Position numbers and translations under genes: made by a program. A DNA stretch of 64,000 bases, taken from contig CAWVRN010000001.1 of assembly GCA_963932905.1 (NCBI GenBank), positions 416,001 through 480,000 on the forward strand, in the 5' to 3' direction. The notes beneath the pieces were generated by a model. That model ran no database searches and had not been told where the DNA came from. It saw only the letters and a list, made by a program, of their open reading frames with translations. The first letter of the stretch is position 1. Every line of letters starts with the position of its first letter. This DNA comes from an uncultured Bdellovibrio sp. (GTDB lineage Bacteria; Bdellovibrionota; Bdellovibrionia; Bdellovibrionales; Bdellovibrionaceae). Shown here one piece after another: positions 9,701-19,990 of this stretch.

Positions 9701-11368
9701 TTGAATAAAATTTTTTCGAAATATAGGTCGCTTTTTTTATCGGTTGGTTTACTTTTGGTATTTTTGACTTTATCGGATGCACAGGCTGGGGATAACAGAT
9801 CACACTTCGATACAGAGAATAAAAAGTGCCAAGACATGCTAGGAGACTCTAAGTACGACAAGAACGGTAATATTATCCCAGATACTAAAGGTGACACAAA
9901 ATATAAGTCTTGTGGTCTAGATCTAAAGCATGAGATGGAAGATCGTCGAGAGAAATGCGGTTCCGATACGGCTTGCAAAGTCGAGATTGGTAGGATTCTC
10001 GATAGCATTCAGGAGTCATATAAATTGGGTGAATCGCGATCAGATTCGGTAAGAAAAGAAACCTGTGAAAAATACTACAATGATGACCAGGACATTTACA
10101 AAGAGTGTTCCAAAGTACCAGCTAAGCAAGCTCGTTCCTGTGCTAAGTCTGTAAGCGAATCTGGTGGATTTATGAACAGTGAAGAGATGCAAATGGCCAC
10201 TCCTATGTTAGGTATGGTGAGCGGAGCAGATACCCTGCTTGGAATATACTCTGCAATGAACGAACGGCCTGATTGCACTTTATCTAAAGAGGATTTCAAA
10301 GAAAGCGAGAATAAACTTCAAGATCAGAAAAAAGAATTGGAAGACAAAGTTAAAGAAAACATGAAAGAAGCAGAAGACGCTCAAACTGAATATGCCGAAA
10401 AACTAAAGGCCTGGGCGGAAGCTGAAGGAAAAATTGCAGATCGTTTAAATGAAATTCCTAATGAAAAAGCAGACAACCTTCATAAAATTGACAATGAAAA
10501 ATTGAAAGCAAAAATGCAGGCGGATTCCAAATACAGCCAAATTTTGGATCAAATCGCGGATACTCGGAGAAAATATAACGACATGGTTTCAGCAAAGGCG
10601 GTGGCCTTATCTGAAAATTCTTCATTTGCAATTCATGACCGCTGTGCAATCATTGCAACTGGCGGAGATCCGGCGAAGCAATCTAGTGCCAGTGCGAAAC
10701 CGTCCACAGCGGTTCAAGCCTCATTCGCTGGTGCTTTTGCGCAAGGAAAAACGCTGACTGCTAATATTCAAAAACGTTACGATAATTGTATCAATACTGA
10801 AACATTAAAACAAAAACGCATTGAAGGGACTTTTGTTAATGAGTTGGCGGCTATGAAAGCCAAGCTCACTAGCCTGGACCAGGCGCTCGGTCAAGTTAAT
10901 GAAGAAAAACGTTTAGCTGATCAGGAAATAATCTACCAAATGCAGAACATAGAGAAAGCCTCAGCTGGTGAAGTTAAAAAGTTGGCAGCTGAATATCAAC
11001 GTATACAAACAGACAAAACTAATGAGCAGACTCTTTTAAAACAGAAACTAGAACGGTTAAATTCGGAAACTAAAAAATATCAGCAACAAGTTGCTATATT
11101 AGCTATGAAGTTAAGCATGTATGCAGGTAAACGTCCGGCTAAATATAGTGATGAGAAATCAGTGAATGATATGCTTGTGCAGTGTGGAGAAAACTACAGA
11201 GTTCTACTTGAAAGTTTTCAAAACGAGTGCTGTAGCATTAGTAAAGATGGTAAAACTAGAAAATCTTTGTATGCTGGCCAAGGCGCGTCTGTTTGTCGAA
11301 TGGAATATAGCGAATATGACCCTAAAAAAATAGAAGCAGCAAAAAAACCGGCTAAGAAAGTTAAATAG
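9701..11368 (+). CDS. Secreted Cys-rich coiled-coil hypothetical protein
   Basis: 555 aa, signal peptide ending AQA, long E/K/Q heptad-rich helices, Cys-rich N- and C-terminal regions. Confidence 0.75.
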   Translation: MNKIFSKYRSLFLSVGLLLVFLTLSDAQAGDNRSHFDTENKKCQDMLGDSKYDKNGNIIPDTKGDTKYKSCGLDLKHEMEDRREKCGSDTACKVEIGRILDSIQESYKLGESRSDSVRKETCEKYYNDDQDIYKECSKVPAKQARSCAKSVSESGGFMNSEEMQMATPMLGMVSGADTLLGIYSAMNERPDCTLSKEDFKESENKLQDQKKELEDKVKENMKEAEDAQTEYAEKLKAWAEAEGKIADRLNEIPNEKADNLHKIDNEKLKAKMQADSKYSQILDQIADTRRKYNDMVSAKAVALSENSSFAIHDRCAIIATGGDPAKQSSASAKPSTAVQASFAGAFAQGKTLTANIQKRYDNCINTETLKQKRIEGTFVNELAAMKAKLTSLDQALGQVNEEKRLADQEIIYQMQNIEKASAGEVKKLAAEYQRIQTDKTNEQTLLKQKLERLNSETKKYQQQVAILAMKLSMYAGKRPAKYSDEKSVNDMLVQCGENYRVLLESFQNECCSISKDGKTRKSLYAGQGASVCRMEYSEYDPKKIEAAKKPAKKVK

Positions 11369-11466
11369 GCGGTCGGTAAAACCGCCCCTCTACCTTGGTC
11401 GCTAGACCAACCCCGGAAACCTACTCTCCAGCGATAAAATTTGCCATAATAGTAGTATCTTTTTAA

Positions 11467-14181
11467 TTGGGAAATGTCCCCCTGGAGTACACTGTGACTT
11501 TGAATCCAACCGTGCGCAAACGCATCTTGATTATAGCTGGAGCTTCTAGTTTTATTGTTTTAATTGCGATTATTTTTTGGCTTAGTTCAATCAAAGCATC
11601 ACTGCCGCAGATACTGCAAATAAAAGACTACAAACCGCTTCTTGTTAGCCCGGTGTTTGATAGAAAAAATAAAAAAATCGGTGAATTCTTTCGTGAACGC
11701 AGAACTTTGGTTCCTTATGAACGAATTCCAGAGAAAACCATTCAGGCATTCCTAGCGGCAGAAGACGATCAGTTCTTTTCACATTCTGGTATTAACTATC
11801 TAGCCATCATGCGTGCGATGCTGGCGAACATGCGCGCTGGTCGTAACGTACAAGGTGGATCTACGATCACGCAGCAGGTGGCGAAAACGTTTTTCTTGTC
11901 ACGCGAAAAAACATTCGATCGTAAAATTCGTGAAGCCTTTTTAGCTTATCAGCTAGAAGACAATTTGAAAAAAGAAGAAATTCTATATTTGTACCTAAAC
12001 CAAATTAATTTCGGTCACGGTTGTTACGGAATTGAAAATGCATCGCAAACTTATTTCAAAAAAACGGTCAGCGATTTGACTGTTGCAGAATCCGCGATCC
12101 TAGCCGGCCTGCCTCAGGCACCCAGTCGTTATTCACCAGTGTTAAATCCTCAAAAAGCTAAAGAACGTCAGCGATATGTATTAGGTCGTATGGCCACTGT
12201 GGGATTCATCACTCATGAAGAGGCCGAAAAGGCAGTCAAGCAGCCTGTAAAAGTATATGTCCGTGATGATTTCGAGGATGTGGCACCTTACTATCAAGAA
12301 ACGATTCGCCAAATTCTATTTCAACAATTAGGCGAAGAAAAAGTTTTAGACCAGGGAATTAAAATATACACCTCTCTGGATCTGGAAAAACAAATTGCAG
12401 CCCAGGAATCTGTTCGTGCGGGTTTAAAGTCTTTGGATAAGCGCCAGGGTTTCCGCGGTCCACTGCAAAATTTGACAGATCCCGCCGCCATCACAGCTTT
12501 CCTAGAAAAAGAAAAGAAAGAACTGATTTTAGATACAACGCCGGAAAGAACAATCAACGTCGAAGGAAATTTTGACGAGATTCAAGCCAAGAGATCGGGC
12601 AAAAATACAAAAATTCCTTCCTATCTAACGCTAGCGAAAACCTACAAAGCTGTCGTCACGGAAGTTAACGATGCGGATGGTTTAACCTATGTTGAATTGC
12701 CTGAAATCAAAGGTGTTATCGACATGGACACAATGAAGTGGGCACGTAAACCAGATCCAAGTAAAAAATTTGATCAAGCGCAGATTAGTAAACCGTCAGA
12801 TGCTTTGAAAAAAGGTGACGTTGTTTTAGTAAAACTAACTAACGAAAATGTTTTGATTTCGCGGTTAAAAAAACCGATGGATTTCACGTCATTTATTTCT
12901 GTTGAATTAGATCAAGAACCTGAAGTTGAGGGCGCCTTGATTTCTTTCGACCAAGAGACTCAAGAAATTCTAGCAATGGTGGGCGGCTACCAATTTATTC
13001 GAAATAAAAACGAATTTAATCGCACGGTCCAAGCTGTTCGTCAGACGGGATCTGCGTTCAAGGCGATCGTATACGCATCGGCGTTAGATAAACACTATGA
13101 TCCATCGTCCGAACTAATGGACGCGCCGCTAGTTTACGAAGAATCAATCAAGGACCAAGAGGGTCAGGCGGACACTAAAGTGTGGAAACCAACGAATCAT
13201 GGCAAATCATTCGGCGGTCAGTTAACATTCAGAAATGCGCTTGTTCAATCGTTAAATATCCCAGCGGTTAGATTGATTGAAGACGTTGGTGTGCCTTGGG
13301 CGATGGACTATTCAAAGCGTTTGGGCATTTTCAGTCCTTTGAATAGCGATTTTACTTTAGCGTTAGGATCGTCATCGTTAACTCTATATGAGATGACCAA
13401 AGTGTTTTCGCAATTTGGTCGTCTTGGAAAAAAAATCAGACCGTTATTAATTCGCTCAGTAGTTGATCAGGATAATAAAAAAATAATGGAGAATGTATCT
13501 CTAGATATTCGGTTCCAAAATGAACTAGATGCCTTGGATAAAGAATACTCTGAACGTCGAAAGAACTATCTTGCTAAAAAGAATGGCACAGGTTCTGTCG
13601 ACCCCAACAACCCGAATGCGGTGGCTGAAGCAGAAACTCCGGACACCCAAAATGCAAAAACAAAAAAACCAGATGAATTCTTTTTCTTCGATGATGAAAA
13701 TCAGCTAATACGTCCCCAAACAGCCTATGTTATGACAAGTTTATTGAAAGGCGTAGTTGAGGATGAAAATGGTACAGCCGCCAGAGCCCGATCATTAGGC
13801 CGCGAAGTAGCCGGTAAAACAGGTACTACTAACGGTTATGTTGACGCTTGGTTCGTGGGCTATACACCACAAATTGCAACGGGCGTTTGGGTTGGCTACG
13901 ACAAGGAAAAGACAATCGGTAAAGGTGAAGTGGGCGGTCGCGCTGCTCTTCCGCTGTGGCTGGAATATATGAAATCGGCTCATGATAAATTGCCACAAAC
14001 GTCGTTTCCAGTGCCAAGTGGAATCGTGTTCGCCAACATTGATGCCGACACAGGAAAGTTAGCCTCAGCAGCCTCAAAAAATGTGATAAAGCAAGCGTAT
14101 ATCGAAGGGACTGAGCCGACCTTGTCTGCCAACAAGGGCGATGAAACCGTGGATTTCTTAAAGCAAGAAGTCAACGAATAA
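11467..14181 (+). CDS. mrcA: Class A penicillin-binding protein PBP1A
   Basis: Transglycosylase motifs AAEDDQF, QGGSTITQQ, RKIRE, LYLNQI. Transpeptidase motifs GSAFK, SLN, KTG. Confidence 0.95.
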   Translation: MGNVPLEYTVTLNPTVRKRILIIAGASSFIVLIAIIFWLSSIKASLPQILQIKDYKPLLVSPVFDRKNKKIGEFFRERRTLVPYERIPEKTIQAFLAAEDDQFFSHSGINYLAIMRAMLANMRAGRNVQGGSTITQQVAKTFFLSREKTFDRKIREAFLAYQLEDNLKKEEILYLYLNQINFGHGCYGIENASQTYFKKTVSDLTVAESAILAGLPQAPSRYSPVLNPQKAKERQRYVLGRMATVGFITHEEAEKAVKQPVKVYVRDDFEDVAPYYQETIRQILFQQLGEEKVLDQGIKIYTSLDLEKQIAAQESVRAGLKSLDKRQGFRGPLQNLTDPAAITAFLEKEKKELILDTTPERTINVEGNFDEIQAKRSGKNTKIPSYLTLAKTYKAVVTEVNDADGLTYVELPEIKGVIDMDTMKWARKPDPSKKFDQAQISKPSDALKKGDVVLVKLTNENVLISRLKKPMDFTSFISVELDQEPEVEGALISFDQETQEILAMVGGYQFIRNKNEFNRTVQAVRQTGSAFKAIVYASALDKHYDPSSELMDAPLVYEESIKDQEGQADTKVWKPTNHGKSFGGQLTFRNALVQSLNIPAVRLIEDVGVPWAMDYSKRLGIFSPLNSDFTLALGSSSLTLYEMTKVFSQFGRLGKKIRPLLIRSVVDQDNKKIMENVSLDIRFQNELDALDKEYSERRKNYLAKKNGTGSVDPNNPNAVAEAETPDTQNAKTKKPDEFFFFDDENQLIRPQTAYVMTSLLKGVVEDENGTAARARSLGREVAGKTGTTNGYVDAWFVGYTPQIATGVWVGYDKEKTIGKGEVGGRAALPLWLEYMKSAHDKLPQTSFPVPSGIVFANIDADTGKLASAASKNVIKQAYIEGTEPTLSANKGDETVDFLKQEVNE

Positions 14182-14216
14182 GACTGGACGATATTCAGCG
14201 AATATCATAAACCTAA

Positions 14217-17024
14217 GTGATGAAAGAAATTCACATTTGGGGAATTAAACAAAACAATCTGAAAAATGTAGATATCAAAATTCCACTGGGCCAGATGACA
14301 GTTATCTGCGGCCCATCAGGTTCTGGTAAAAGTTCGCTTGCGTTTGAAACTTTGTTCGCTGAAGGCCAACGTCGTTTCATTGAAAGCATGTCTAATTATA
14401 CCAAACAATTTTTAAACAAAGCGCCAAAGCCAGATATAGAAGGCGTCACAAATATTCCACCGGCAGTTTGTTTAGAGCAAAAAAATTCTGTGAAGTCGAG
14501 CCGCTCTAATGTCGGAACAACGACTGAACTTGTGGATTATTTGCGATTGTTGTACGAAAAATTGGGCGTGCCTTACTGCCCGAATCATCATATTCCAGCA
14601 GAAAAACATTCGATCACTGAGGCTACAAAGAAGATTTTGAAAGTCTTTGCTGGCAAACGTGGATATGTGATGGCGGAAGTAAAACAAAAAGACCGCGCTT
14701 TTGATGGTAAAGTTTTATTGGGCGAAATTTTAAAAGATGGTTATCAACGTCTTTGGATTCCAAGCAAAAATGAAATTGTTGAAATAACTGACCCTAAAAT
14801 AGCAAAGAAAGCGGCACCAAAAGAGGATTTCTTTATTGTCGTGGATCGTGTGGCGTTCAATATCGCCGACGAGGGTCGTATCGCTGATTCTGTAGCACAG
14901 GCGTATGAAGCATTTGTTAGATATAACAATGGTACCACGGCTCGCGGCTGCGTAGTTAAAACTACTGACGATCAAACTCTTCGATTTTCAGAAGAATTGA
15001 AATGTCCCGAGTGTGACTATCAACCGCCGCCATTAAATTCACGTTTGTTTAGTTTCAATAGTCCACTTGGTGCATGCCCAACATGTAAAGGTTTTGGAAA
15101 TATCTTAAGCCTAGATACAGCTAAAATTATTCCCAATCCTAAATTGTCTATAGCCGCGAACGCACTTCATCCATTCAGCATGCCTAGCGCGGCGGAAGAT
15201 AAAAAAGACCTATTGTCCTTTTGTAAGAAATCTAAAATTCCGACAGATGTCGCTTGGGAAGAACTATCAAAAGCTCATCAAGATGTTATTTGGAATGGAA
15301 ATGCTCAGTTTATGGGTGTTAAGGGGCTTTTTGATTATTTAGAAACTAAAAAATATAAAATGCACGTGCGCGTATTTATTTCTCGTTATCGCAGTCCCCA
15401 ATTGTGCAATGAATGCAATGGATCACGTCTACGAAAAGACGTGAATACTATTTTATTTAGAAAAAGAAATATCAATGATTTAACTCAACAAACTATCGAA
15501 GACCTAAAAAAGTTTTTTGATGTACTTGAAATCAATACCAATGAAAGAAACATTGCTGGCGAAGTTTTCGATCAAATTAGATCACGTTTGGATTTCTTGA
15601 TGCGAGTGGGAGTCGGGTACTTAACTTTAAATCGGGAAACTCGCACATTATCGGGCGGTGAATACCAGCGTTTAAATTTGGCGAACCAATTGGGAATGGG
15701 TTTAACTCAAACTCTGTATGTATTAGACGAGCCCACAGTAGGATTGCATCCTCGTGACAATGATCGATTAATTTCCATTCTAAAAGATTTACGAGATTTA
15801 GGTAATACCGTTGTTCTGGTGGAACATGATTACGACGTCATTAGAAATGCAGAGAACGTTATCGAGATGGGGCCAGGTTCTGGTTTTCGCGGCGGTGAAG
15901 TAATCTTCTCTGGTGCGCAGAAAGAATTTTTGAAAAGTACGAAATCAGTAACGGCGCCGTTTGTGAATCCTTTGGTAAGAAAGCCTATTGAAAAACCACG
16001 TCCTGTATCCAGTGATCTATACAAATATAAATTAAAAATGGAAGGCGCTACGGGACATAATTTAAAAGATTTAGATGTTGAAATTCCGCTTCATCGCATG
16101 GTGGTCGTGACCGGGGTTAGCGGATCTGGAAAATCAACGTTGATAGCAAAGACATTGTACCCGATGCTTGCGCGTGAATTGGATATCGAATTTTTAAAAG
16201 CAGAGCCGTGCAAAAAATTAAAAGGCGCTGAACTTATCCATAATGTTCTGTTAGTAGACCAATCGCCAATAGGCAAATCCGCACGAAGCTCACCTATCAC
16301 ATATATCAAAGCGTACGATATAATCAGAAACGTGATGGCTATGTTACCGGAATCTAAAGTTCGTGGGTATACTGCGGGAACATTTAGCTTGAACGTAGAT
16401 GGTGGTCGATGCCCGGCCTGCAAAGGGACCGGTGTTGAAGAAATCGATATGCAGTTCATGGATAATGTTATCATCCCTTGCGATGTCTGTGACGGTAAAA
16501 AGTTCAGGAACGAAATTCTTGAAATTACCTACAAGGGAAAAAATATACATCAGATTCTAACCATGACGGTGGCAGAAGCTATGGATTTTTTTGTGGCTCA
16601 TCCCCCAATTCGCAAAGCCCTATCTGTGTTGAAAGAAGTAGGCCTTGATTATCTGCAAATCGGTCAGCCTTCCAGCACACTTAGTGGCGGAGAATCACAG
16701 CGTTTGAAATTAGCCAAAGAATTGATCGAGGTAACTCATAAAGCAACTCTGTATATCTTGGATGAGCCGACAACAGGTCTACATTTCCGAGAGATTGAAT
16801 TGCTAATTAAAGTCCTTAATCAACTGATCGAAGCTGGTGGAAGTGTTGTTATTATTGAACACAATTTGGAAGTTATCAGTGCCGCTGATTATGTCATCGA
16901 TTTGGGCCCAGAAGCGGGAGTCAAAGGTGGCAATATCGTCGCCGTGGGCACGCCCAAGGATATAATGGCTGAACCACGCAGTTTAACTGGGTTGTATTTG
17001 AAAAAATACTATGGCTTAGAGTAA
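14217..17024 (+). CDS. uvrA: Excinuclease ABC subunit A (UvrA family)
   Basis: Two ABC ATPase modules (GPSGSGKS/LSGGE/LDEPT and GVSGSGKS/LSGGE/LDEPT), CxxC zinc fingers, FSFNSPLGAC motif. Confidence 0.93.
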   Translation: MMKEIHIWGIKQNNLKNVDIKIPLGQMTVICGPSGSGKSSLAFETLFAEGQRRFIESMSNYTKQFLNKAPKPDIEGVTNIPPAVCLEQKNSVKSSRSNVGTTTELVDYLRLLYEKLGVPYCPNHHIPAEKHSITEATKKILKVFAGKRGYVMAEVKQKDRAFDGKVLLGEILKDGYQRLWIPSKNEIVEITDPKIAKKAAPKEDFFIVVDRVAFNIADEGRIADSVAQAYEAFVRYNNGTTARGCVVKTTDDQTLRFSEELKCPECDYQPPPLNSRLFSFNSPLGACPTCKGFGNILSLDTAKIIPNPKLSIAANALHPFSMPSAAEDKKDLLSFCKKSKIPTDVAWEELSKAHQDVIWNGNAQFMGVKGLFDYLETKKYKMHVRVFISRYRSPQLCNECNGSRLRKDVNTILFRKRNINDLTQQTIEDLKKFFDVLEINTNERNIAGEVFDQIRSRLDFLMRVGVGYLTLNRETRTLSGGEYQRLNLANQLGMGLTQTLYVLDEPTVGLHPRDNDRLISILKDLRDLGNTVVLVEHDYDVIRNAENVIEMGPGSGFRGGEVIFSGAQKEFLKSTKSVTAPFVNPLVRKPIEKPRPVSSDLYKYKLKMEGATGHNLKDLDVEIPLHRMVVVTGVSGSGKSTLIAKTLYPMLARELDIEFLKAEPCKKLKGAELIHNVLLVDQSPIGKSARSSPITYIKAYDIIRNVMAMLPESKVRGYTAGTFSLNVDGGRCPACKGTGVEEIDMQFMDNVIIPCDVCDGKKFRNEILEITYKGKNIHQILTMTVAEAMDFFVAHPPIRKALSVLKEVGLDYLQIGQPSSTLSGGESQRLKLAKELIEVTHKATLYILDEPTTGLHFREIELLIKVLNQLIEAGGSVVIIEHNLEVISAADYVIDLGPEAGVKGGNIVAVGTPKDIMAEPRSLTGLYLKKYYGLE

Positions 17025-17064
17025 TTTCATTCCTTGATAGACTTTCTATTGTAAAATCAGTAGA

Positions 17065-18810
17065 TTGGGTGCTGTGAATAGCACCCTTATCCGCATCATA
17101 AAAGAAGTAAAGCAATACCGTTCTCAGCTGGCGATTATCGCTGTTACCGGTATTTTGTATTCAGCCGTTTATGCCCGTTTGGCTTTAATACTAAAAGATA
17201 TCAACGACAGTTTCCAATCCGGAGATCAAAACAAAGTCGCCCAAGTTGGCTTGATTGCACTTGTCATGGCTGTCGTGGTTGCGGGTTGCCGCTATTTACA
17301 TATTTTTACGATGAACGTAGTTGCAGAAATGATAACCAACAGCTATCGATTGCAACTTCAAAAAAAGTTCATGGATTTAAATTTAAAGTTTCATGGACAG
17401 TATGTTTCTGGTTCGGGTGGTTTATTGAGTCGAATCATAAATGATATCAAAGTTATTCAAGATGGACTCAGGATGATAGCGGATCTGTTCCGTGAACCTT
17501 TGCTGGCTGTTTTGCTATTAGGAAATTTGTTTTATCTAAATTGGCGCCTGACGATGGCGATATTAATTCTGCTTCCTATTATTTTAGTTTTCTTGAAACA
17601 GATATCACGAAGTTTGCGTAAATACGTATTGTTTGGCCAGGAAAACTTGGAACGCATCACATCAGTCATCAAGGAGTCGATTGATGGCGTACGTATCATC
17701 CAAAGTTTCAATTTAGAGAAAATCATGCAATCAAAATTGAAGGCTCAAACAGATGAATATCTTCAGATCCGCAAAAAAGTTCACTCACGCATCGAAATCA
17801 TGGGCCCGGTCACAGAACTATTGGCAACGGCAATTATACTTGCGATATTTTTCTATTTCAGCGTGGAAGTCGCTAAAGGAAATACCACTACAGGTGCGGT
17901 TTTGGCTTACATCACATCGATGTTGATGATTAATCAGCCCATTAAAAAACTTCAAGAAAGTTATGTTCGTATTCAAGAAACTATTGTGGCTGCAGATCGT
18001 GTATACGAAATTTTAGATAACAATGAAGTCGTGATGGATCCTGTTCAGCCCAAACCGTTTCCTAAAGATTGGAAATCTATTCATTTCAAAAATGTCAGTT
18101 TTCAATATGGGCAAGAGAAAATCTTGGACAATATCGATTTCTCGATTCAACGCGGACAATCCATAGCATTAGTGGGCGAAAGTGGTAGTGGTAAATCTAC
18201 GATTGTTAATTTGTTAGAAAGATTCTACGAGCCAAATCAAGGGCAGGTCTTATTTGATGACACAAATATTTTGGACTGTTCGTTGAAAGAACTACGTTCA
18301 CAAATTGCGCTCGTTTCGCAGGATGTATTTTTGTTTAGTGATTCGGTAATCAGTAACATTCGTTCAGGCAATCCTGATGCTTCCGATGAAGTGATCTATG
18401 AAAAATCAAAGAGGGCTAATGCTCATGATTTTATTGGTCGTTTATCTGAAGGGTATCACAGTAAAGTGGGTGATCGTGGGTCGTTACTTTCTGGCGGCGA
18501 AAAACAAAGAATCAGCATGGCTCGCGCATTCGTAAAAGATGCTCCACTTTTAATATTAGATGAAGCGACTAGTGCCCTTGATTCTTCCAGTGAACGTGAA
18601 GTACAGGCTGGTATTGAAGCTCTAATGGAAAACCGCACGAGTTTAATTATTGCCCATCGTTTGTCCACTATCCAAAACTGCGATTGTATTTATGTCCTTC
18701 GCAAAGGAAAAATAGTGGAATCTGGAACGCATCAACAGCTTCTAGCTAAGAAGGGTGATTACTACCGATTCTATCAGATACAGAATCAAAATGAGACTGT
18801 CTCATTGTAA
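17065..18810 (+). CDS. msbA: MsbA-like ABC exporter, permease-ATPase fusion
   Basis: N-terminal transmembrane domain, GESGSGKS, LSGGEKQR, ILDEATS, IAHRLST. Confidence 0.8.
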   Translation: MGAVNSTLIRIIKEVKQYRSQLAIIAVTGILYSAVYARLALILKDINDSFQSGDQNKVAQVGLIALVMAVVVAGCRYLHIFTMNVVAEMITNSYRLQLQKKFMDLNLKFHGQYVSGSGGLLSRIINDIKVIQDGLRMIADLFREPLLAVLLLGNLFYLNWRLTMAILILLPIILVFLKQISRSLRKYVLFGQENLERITSVIKESIDGVRIIQSFNLEKIMQSKLKAQTDEYLQIRKKVHSRIEIMGPVTELLATAIILAIFFYFSVEVAKGNTTTGAVLAYITSMLMINQPIKKLQESYVRIQETIVAADRVYEILDNNEVVMDPVQPKPFPKDWKSIHFKNVSFQYGQEKILDNIDFSIQRGQSIALVGESGSGKSTIVNLLERFYEPNQGQVLFDDTNILDCSLKELRSQIALVSQDVFLFSDSVISNIRSGNPDASDEVIYEKSKRANAHDFIGRLSEGYHSKVGDRGSLLSGGEKQRISMARAFVKDAPLLILDEATSALDSSSEREVQAGIEALMENRTSLIIAHRLSTIQNCDCIYVLRKGKIVESGTHQQLLAKKGDYYRFYQIQNQNETVSL

Positions 18811-18946
18811 GACGGCTCTTTCGTATTCACTATGAGTCAAAAAAAGCTCAAGTGTAAATTTTTTTTTACCGCTAAGTAATATAGAGGCATTTGCTATATT
18901 AGAGGTCTCGTTTTTTTGTATTTGAAGCTTACAAGTTTACGGGTGT

Positions 18947-19990
18947 ATGAAAAATTTTTTTGTTAAATTGATAACGCTAGTTTTGACAGTCAGCTACACC
19001 GCTGAGGCGTCTTTCTATGTTGTTAGGTCGGGTGATACATTGTCTACGATCGCACAAAAAAATATCGGTGAGCCGATTTATAGTCCTAATGGGTCCTTGG
19101 CTAAAATCAAAGCTTTAAATCCCCAAATCGAAAATCCGAATGTAATTCGCGTTGGTGATATCATAAATTTATCTGCTAAAACAGAAATTGCCGATAATCG
19201 GAGCCAAAGGATACCAGCGGATGAAGAGCAGAAAATCCAAAAGTCAGTTCCAGAAAAAATTGAAGATAAAATGTCATGCGAACCTGCGGTAACGATTCAA
19301 TCTAATCCCTCGGAGGAAGTTCTACATAGTTTACATCTGCAAGTTCACACTGGCTTGACAACGTTTTCGGGAATCGATGTGGCAACCTTAGCAAATGCGA
19401 ATGTTGTGTCCAAAAGTGATTTGTCGGCGCGGGCTTCCTGGAGACAGCATTGGACACCAAATTTTCATTCTGATTTTTTTGCGGAAGCAAGATCAGTGGG
19501 GTTGCAAAGTATTTCAGGTTCGAAATCTTTAGTGAGTGAAAATTTGAATTCGAATAAATTGGGACTTTCGATTGGTCACAAAGCAGGTGAACGACTGACT
19601 ATAGACTATGGTCTAGAGTACGGAAGTGAGTTTTTTATTCGTGGAGCCAGTTCGACTTTGATCTCGGTGGAAAGCCAGCCCATTCCCCAGTTCTCGACCC
19701 AAATACAATATAAAATATATGAGTTAGGCTCAACAAGTCTAGTGGCCAATTTGGGCGGCTCGTATTTAGGAGAGGTTTCGACAGATAACTACACTGTTAA
19801 ATCCGGAACTTCATATCAGGTTGGTATTAGTGTTGTGAAAAAGATGTCAGATCAGCGTACGTTTTCGGCTCAGTTAGCTTATTCCGATCGTAAGCAGGAT
19901 ACTTCATTGGTTTTAATACACGAAAAGAGTGTTTTTGGAACTGTCAGTTTTTCTATTCCACTTTTTGAAGGTGGAGGGAATTCAAAATGA
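18947..19990 (+). CDS. LysM-domain protein with a probable C-terminal outer-membrane beta-barrel
   Basis: Signal peptide, LysM (YVVRSGDTLSTIA...NPNVIRVGDIINL), then alternating amphipathic beta-strands ending VFGTVSFSIPLF. Confidence 0.72.
   Translation: MKNFFVKLITLVLTVSYTAEASFYVVRSGDTLSTIAQKNIGEPIYSPNGSLAKIKALNPQIENPNVIRVGDIINLSAKTEIADNRSQRIPADEEQKIQKSVPEKIEDKMSCEPAVTIQSNPSEEVLHSLHLQVHTGLTTFSGIDVATLANANVVSKSDLSARASWRQHWTPNFHSDFFAEARSVGLQSISGSKSLVSENLNSNKLGLSIGHKAGERLTIDYGLEYGSEFFIRGASSTLISVESQPIPQFSTQIQYKIYELGSTSLVANLGGSYLGEVSTDNYTVKSGTSYQVGISVVKKMSDQRTFSAQLAYSDRKQDTSLVLIHEKSVFGTVSFSIPLFEGGGNSK

Noticed and set aside
14217..17024. UvrA as part of a defence or resistance system
   Set aside because: Ordinary UvrA architecture in a housekeeping context between PBP1A and MsbA; absence of adjacent uvrB/uvrC is common.
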